Source: an archaeon (lineage in GTDB: Archaea > Iainarchaeota > Iainarchaeia > Iainarchaeales > 0-14-0-20-34-12). From it: 49,524 nt of DNA. The stretch covers positions 1 through 49,524 of the forward strand of contig JBBSVU010000010.1 of assembly GCA_038046645.1 (NCBI GenBank), written 5' to 3'. Positions 46,482-49,524 of the stretch are shown here, one piece after another. Made by a program: the position numbers and the translations under genes. Position 1 is the stretch's first letter; each line of letters opens with the position of its first letter. The notes under the pieces were generated by a model. That model saw only the letters and a program-made list of their open reading frames with translations, was not told where the DNA came from and made no database searches.

Positions 46482-46919
46482 TCAGCATTCTATTTTTTTT
46501 ATTCGATTTTCATGCCTTCCATGCTCAAATTTTTCATTCAAAAAAGTATTTGCAATTTTTTTCATTTCTTCAACATTAAGGATGCGTGCACCCATACACA
46601 AAACATTTGCATCATTGTGGTTGCGGGACATTTTTGCAGTGAATTCATTATGGCATAGCGCTGCCCTAATCCCCTTTACCTTGTTTGCTGCAATACTCAT
46701 CCCAATGCCCGTGCCGCAGATTAAAATTCCAAAAGAATTTTTTTCTTTTGCAACCTTCTGCGCAACTCTTTTCGCATAATCAGGGTAATCAACTGATTCT
46801 TCAGAATTCGTTCCTAAATCTTCTAGCTTAAATTCAGATTTTGCTGTTTGAAGGAATTTTTTCAATTCTTCCTTTGCTTTAAAGCCAGCATGATCTGATG
46901 CAATATAAATTTTAACCAT
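46482..46919 (-). CDS. rpiB: ribose-5-phosphate isomerase B
   Basis: SDHAG, DYPD, CGTGIGMSIAANK, HNDAN, GRH..R. Confidence 0.96.
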   Translation of the reverse strand: MVKIYIASDHAGFKAKEELKKFLQTAKSEFKLEDLGTNSEESVDYPDYAKRVAQKVAKEKNSFGILICGTGIGMSIAANKVKGIRAALCHNEFTAKMSRNHNDANVLCMGARILNVEEMKKIANTFLNEKFEHGRHENRIKKIEC

Positions 46920-47146
46920 CAATGAAACTTAGGTTAAAAAGATATTAAAATACTGTGATGTTAATGAAAAGGAATAATTTTTAACAACAATTGCCTTAAT
47001 TTCATTGGTGGTTGAATGCCTGCAAGACCTAGTTGGGTGCGAAGAAACATAAGAAGAAGAAAAATAAAAGCTTTAAAAATAAGAACTTTAAACAGAACAA
47101 AAGATCCGAGTACCAAAATAAGATTTTAAAACTTAATTACTGGATT

Positions 47147-47455
47147 TTATTCCTTCAATTCAATCTCAATATGGACATTTTCAGGAATATCAACTCGCAT
47201 TATTCTCCTTAATGTCCTTTCATCTGATTTAATGTCAATCATTCTTTTATGAATTCGTAATTGCCATCTTTCATATGTTTCTGTTCCACCACCACACGGA
47301 CTTTTTCTTGTAGGAACAGTCAATTTCTGCACAGGCAATGGGATAATGCCAGAATGCTTTACTCCGGTTTTTGCAGCTACATCTATTATTTTTCTGCTAA
47401 TGTCATCCAGCTGTTTGAAGTCTGGACTGGTCAATTTAATTCTCGCGGTTTTCAT
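47147..47455 (-). CDS. rps10: 30S ribosomal protein S10
   Basis: ARIKL, IPLP, TRKSPCGGG..T.ERWQLRIHKR. Confidence 0.97.
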   Translation of the reverse strand: MKTARIKLTSPDFKQLDDISRKIIDVAAKTGVKHSGIIPLPVQKLTVPTRKSPCGGGTETYERWQLRIHKRMIDIKSDERTLRRIMRVDIPENVHIEIELKE

Positions 47456-47554
47456 GTTATCTACCTAAACAACATAAATCAAATTACCTATTATTCTCAC
47501 AAAAGATATATAAATGGATAATAAAGGTTAAAAAAAATAAAAAAAAGGGAAGAA

Positions 47555-48829
47555 TTACTTCTTCCTTTCTTTTACTTCTATTATCATACCTGCTGCAACT
47601 GTCTGTCCCATATCCCTGATTGCGAATCTCCCTAATTGTGGGAATTTCTTATATTCTTCCGCAACAACAGGCTGTACAGGCTTTATCTTTACTATTGCAA
47701 CATCCCCTGTTTTTAGGAATTTAGGGTTTTCTTCTAATACTGCACCTGTTTTCGGGTCCAGTTTCTTAAGCAATTCAGTTAAGGTACAACTTACCTGTGC
47801 TGTGTGCAAATGGAACACAGGAGTATAGTTTGCAGCAATGGCTGTTGGATGGTTTAATACAACAATCTGTGCTGTGAACTCTTCAGCAACTGTTGGTGGA
47901 TTATTCACGTGTCCAATAACTTCTCCCCTTGTTACATCTTCCTTGCTTAAACCCCTTACATTGAATCCTACATTGTCTCCAGGCCTGGCTTCAGTTAATT
48001 GTTCGTGGTGCATTTCAACAGATTTTACTTCTCCAGTCTTGCCTGAAGGCATAATGATTATTTTATCATTTGGCTTCAATATTCCAGTTTCTACCCTTCC
48101 AACTGGTACAGTTCCTACTCCTTTGATGTTATAAACATCTTGGATGGGCAATCTTAATGCCTTGTCTATTGGTGGAGCCGGGGCTTTTATATTATCCAAA
48201 GCTTCCAATAATGTAGGGCCGTTGAACCATTTCAAATTCTCGCTTTTCTTTACTATATTGTCGCCTTTCCAGGCTGAAATCGGGACAAAGGTAATATTTT
48301 CTAATTTAAAGCCAATTGTTGTCAGTAATTTTGTTGCTTCAGTTTTCAAAGCATTATATTTATCCTGTGAAAAATCAACTTCATCCATTTTGTTGCATGC
48401 AATAATTAATTGCTTTAATCCCATCACTTGTGAAAGGAATGCATGCTCCCTTGTCTGTGGCTGTATACCTTCCTTTACTGATATTACCAAAACAGCTGCA
48501 TCAGCCTGGCTTGTCCCTGTAATCATGTTCTTTACAAAGTCTTTGTGCCCTGGTGCATCAATAATTGTTAAGTCGTTTGTTTTTCCCATTAATTTTTTGT
48601 AAGCAACGTCAATTGTTACTCCTCTCTGCCTTTCTTCCTTTAGTTTATCCATTACATAAGCAAATGCGAATGTTGCTTTTCCCATTGCTTTTGCTTCTGC
48701 CTCAATCTTTCTGTACTCCTGCTCACTCAATGTTCCTGAGTCGTAAAGCAAGCGTCCTACAGTAGTAGATTTCCCGTGGTCGACGTGACCAATGAAAACC
48801 AGATTTACATGTGGTTTATTTCCTGCCAT
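47555..48829 (-). CDS. tuf: translation elongation factor 1-alpha
   Basis: [39 protein letters not shown]. Confidence 0.98.
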   Translation of the reverse strand: MAGNKPHVNLVFIGHVDHGKSTTVGRLLYDSGTLSEQEYRKIEAEAKAMGKATFAFAYVMDKLKEERQRGVTIDVAYKKLMGKTNDLTIIDAPGHKDFVKNMITGTSQADAAVLVISVKEGIQPQTREHAFLSQVMGLKQLIIACNKMDEVDFSQDKYNALKTEATKLLTTIGFKLENITFVPISAWKGDNIVKKSENLKWFNGPTLLEALDNIKAPAPPIDKALRLPIQDVYNIKGVGTVPVGRVETGILKPNDKIIIMPSGKTGEVKSVEMHHEQLTEARPGDNVGFNVRGLSKEDVTRGEVIGHVNNPPTVAEEFTAQIVVLNHPTAIAANYTPVFHLHTAQVSCTLTELLKKLDPKTGAVLEENPKFLKTGDVAIVKIKPVQPVVAEEYKKFPQLGRFAIRDMGQTVAAGMIIEVKERKK

Positions 48830-48865
48830 CTAAAATTCCTCCATATTTTGATTTTACATTAGCCA

Positions 48866-49127
48866 GCTAACTTTTCATTTCCCCTTTAAAGGAGAAGAAC
48901 CGTTAGCAAAAACAAATATAATAAACAGTGCTAAATCCAATAGATATAGTACACTGTTCGTAAATTAAGATTCTTCCATATATAGCAAAAGACTTTAATT
49001 TTGAAACTTTTATTGCCTTTTGCTAGATACAAGTTAAATCCAAAGGATTTAATTGTACACTTAAAGCTTGCTTTAAGTTGTAGTAAAGGATTATATTATA
49101 TCCCTACATCTAAGTCCTTTACTATAA
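48866..49127 (-). ncRNA. candidate structured RNA / tuf leader made of six tandem hairpins
   Basis: Six near-adjacent inverted repeats (see finding); strand inferred from position upstream of tuf. Confidence 0.45.
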
Positions 49128-49390
49128 ATGTTAATAAAGCTTTTGTTTTGGCTGAAAATCCTTGTTTCAACAATAACTAACACAAAACTAATTAAAAAAC
49201 TTCGCGAGATTCTAAGGATTATTTTAAAAGAAAAATATTTTTTCCTTAAGTTAAATTACTTTTTTTATATTTTTGAAAAGCAAAAGCGCAATGTATTTAA
49301 ATAGAAAGAATCCATATAATACAAAAATAAAACAATACTGCATAGCCATACTCAGCTTTGTTGTATTGTAAATTACTATATGGAGGGAAA

Positions 49391-49524
49391 ATGATGAGAA
49401 GATTTATTTTTGTTGCAGCACTTGTCCTTTTATTAGCAAGTGTTTATGCAGCAGCTAATAGAGAAACACTAACCATCTCAGGAATATTAAAAACAGCAGA
49501 TGGCAACTATCTAAATGGAAACTA
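49391..49524 (+). CDS. secreted protein, N-terminal fragment (runs off the window)
   Basis: GGAGG SD; MMRRFIFVAALVLLLASVYA signal peptide then AANRETLTISGILK. Confidence 0.75.
   Translation, partial: MMRRFIFVAALVLLLASVYAAANRETLTISGILKTADGNYLNGN

Noticed and set aside
1720..48765. Numerous plus-strand ORFs in the track overlapping minus-strand genes (e.g. 5846-6517, 7656-8255, 23237-23986)
   Set aside because: Antisense shadows of well-conserved genes, rich in F/S/L/I with no motifs
36412..49390. Structured intergenic regions as RNase P RNA, SRP RNA or rRNA
   Set aside because: No GAGGAAAGUCC-type P4 motif or SRP helix-8 motif seen, and too AT-rich

Overview
AT-rich archaeal DNA, probably from a DPANN-type lineage (inferred from gene losses in conserved operons; taxonomy not verified). 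Most of the window (about 1.7-36.4 kb and 44-48.8 kb, minus strand) is the core translation/transcription gene set: the L3/S10-spc-SecY ribosomal superoperon, S13-S4-S11-Rpo3-tRNA-Leu-L18e-L13-S9-Rpo10-S2, GluRS, L7Ae-S28e-L24e-ndk-dut-aIF5B-S6e-aIF2g-PIN-Rpo7-Spt4-S24e-S27ae, TsaC/Kae1, and EF-1a-S10. L24e, S14 and a 55-aa membrane ORF were missed by the ORF track and were translated by hand. Accessory content includes the 3' end of an IS200/IS605 tnpB with its right end, and an island at 37-44 kb with MNT-HEPN and RHH-RelE-like toxin-antitoxin pairs, three tandem secreted paralogues, a membrane-anchored surface protein, a Bat-type HTH regulator and two Arg-rich paralogues behind rtcB. Notable observations: a tRNA-Leu(UAA) with two introns (30/31 and 37/38); a mini-intein at the RtcB active-site Cys; long multi-hairpin regions upstream of tuf and rpl3; an attC/MITE-like fold-back element; a dispersed palindromic repeat family; DNA-identical modules shared between tails of unrelated ribosomal proteins; and a Cmk homologue with a degenerate P-loop. 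All calls come from reading the sequence by eye; no searches were run.
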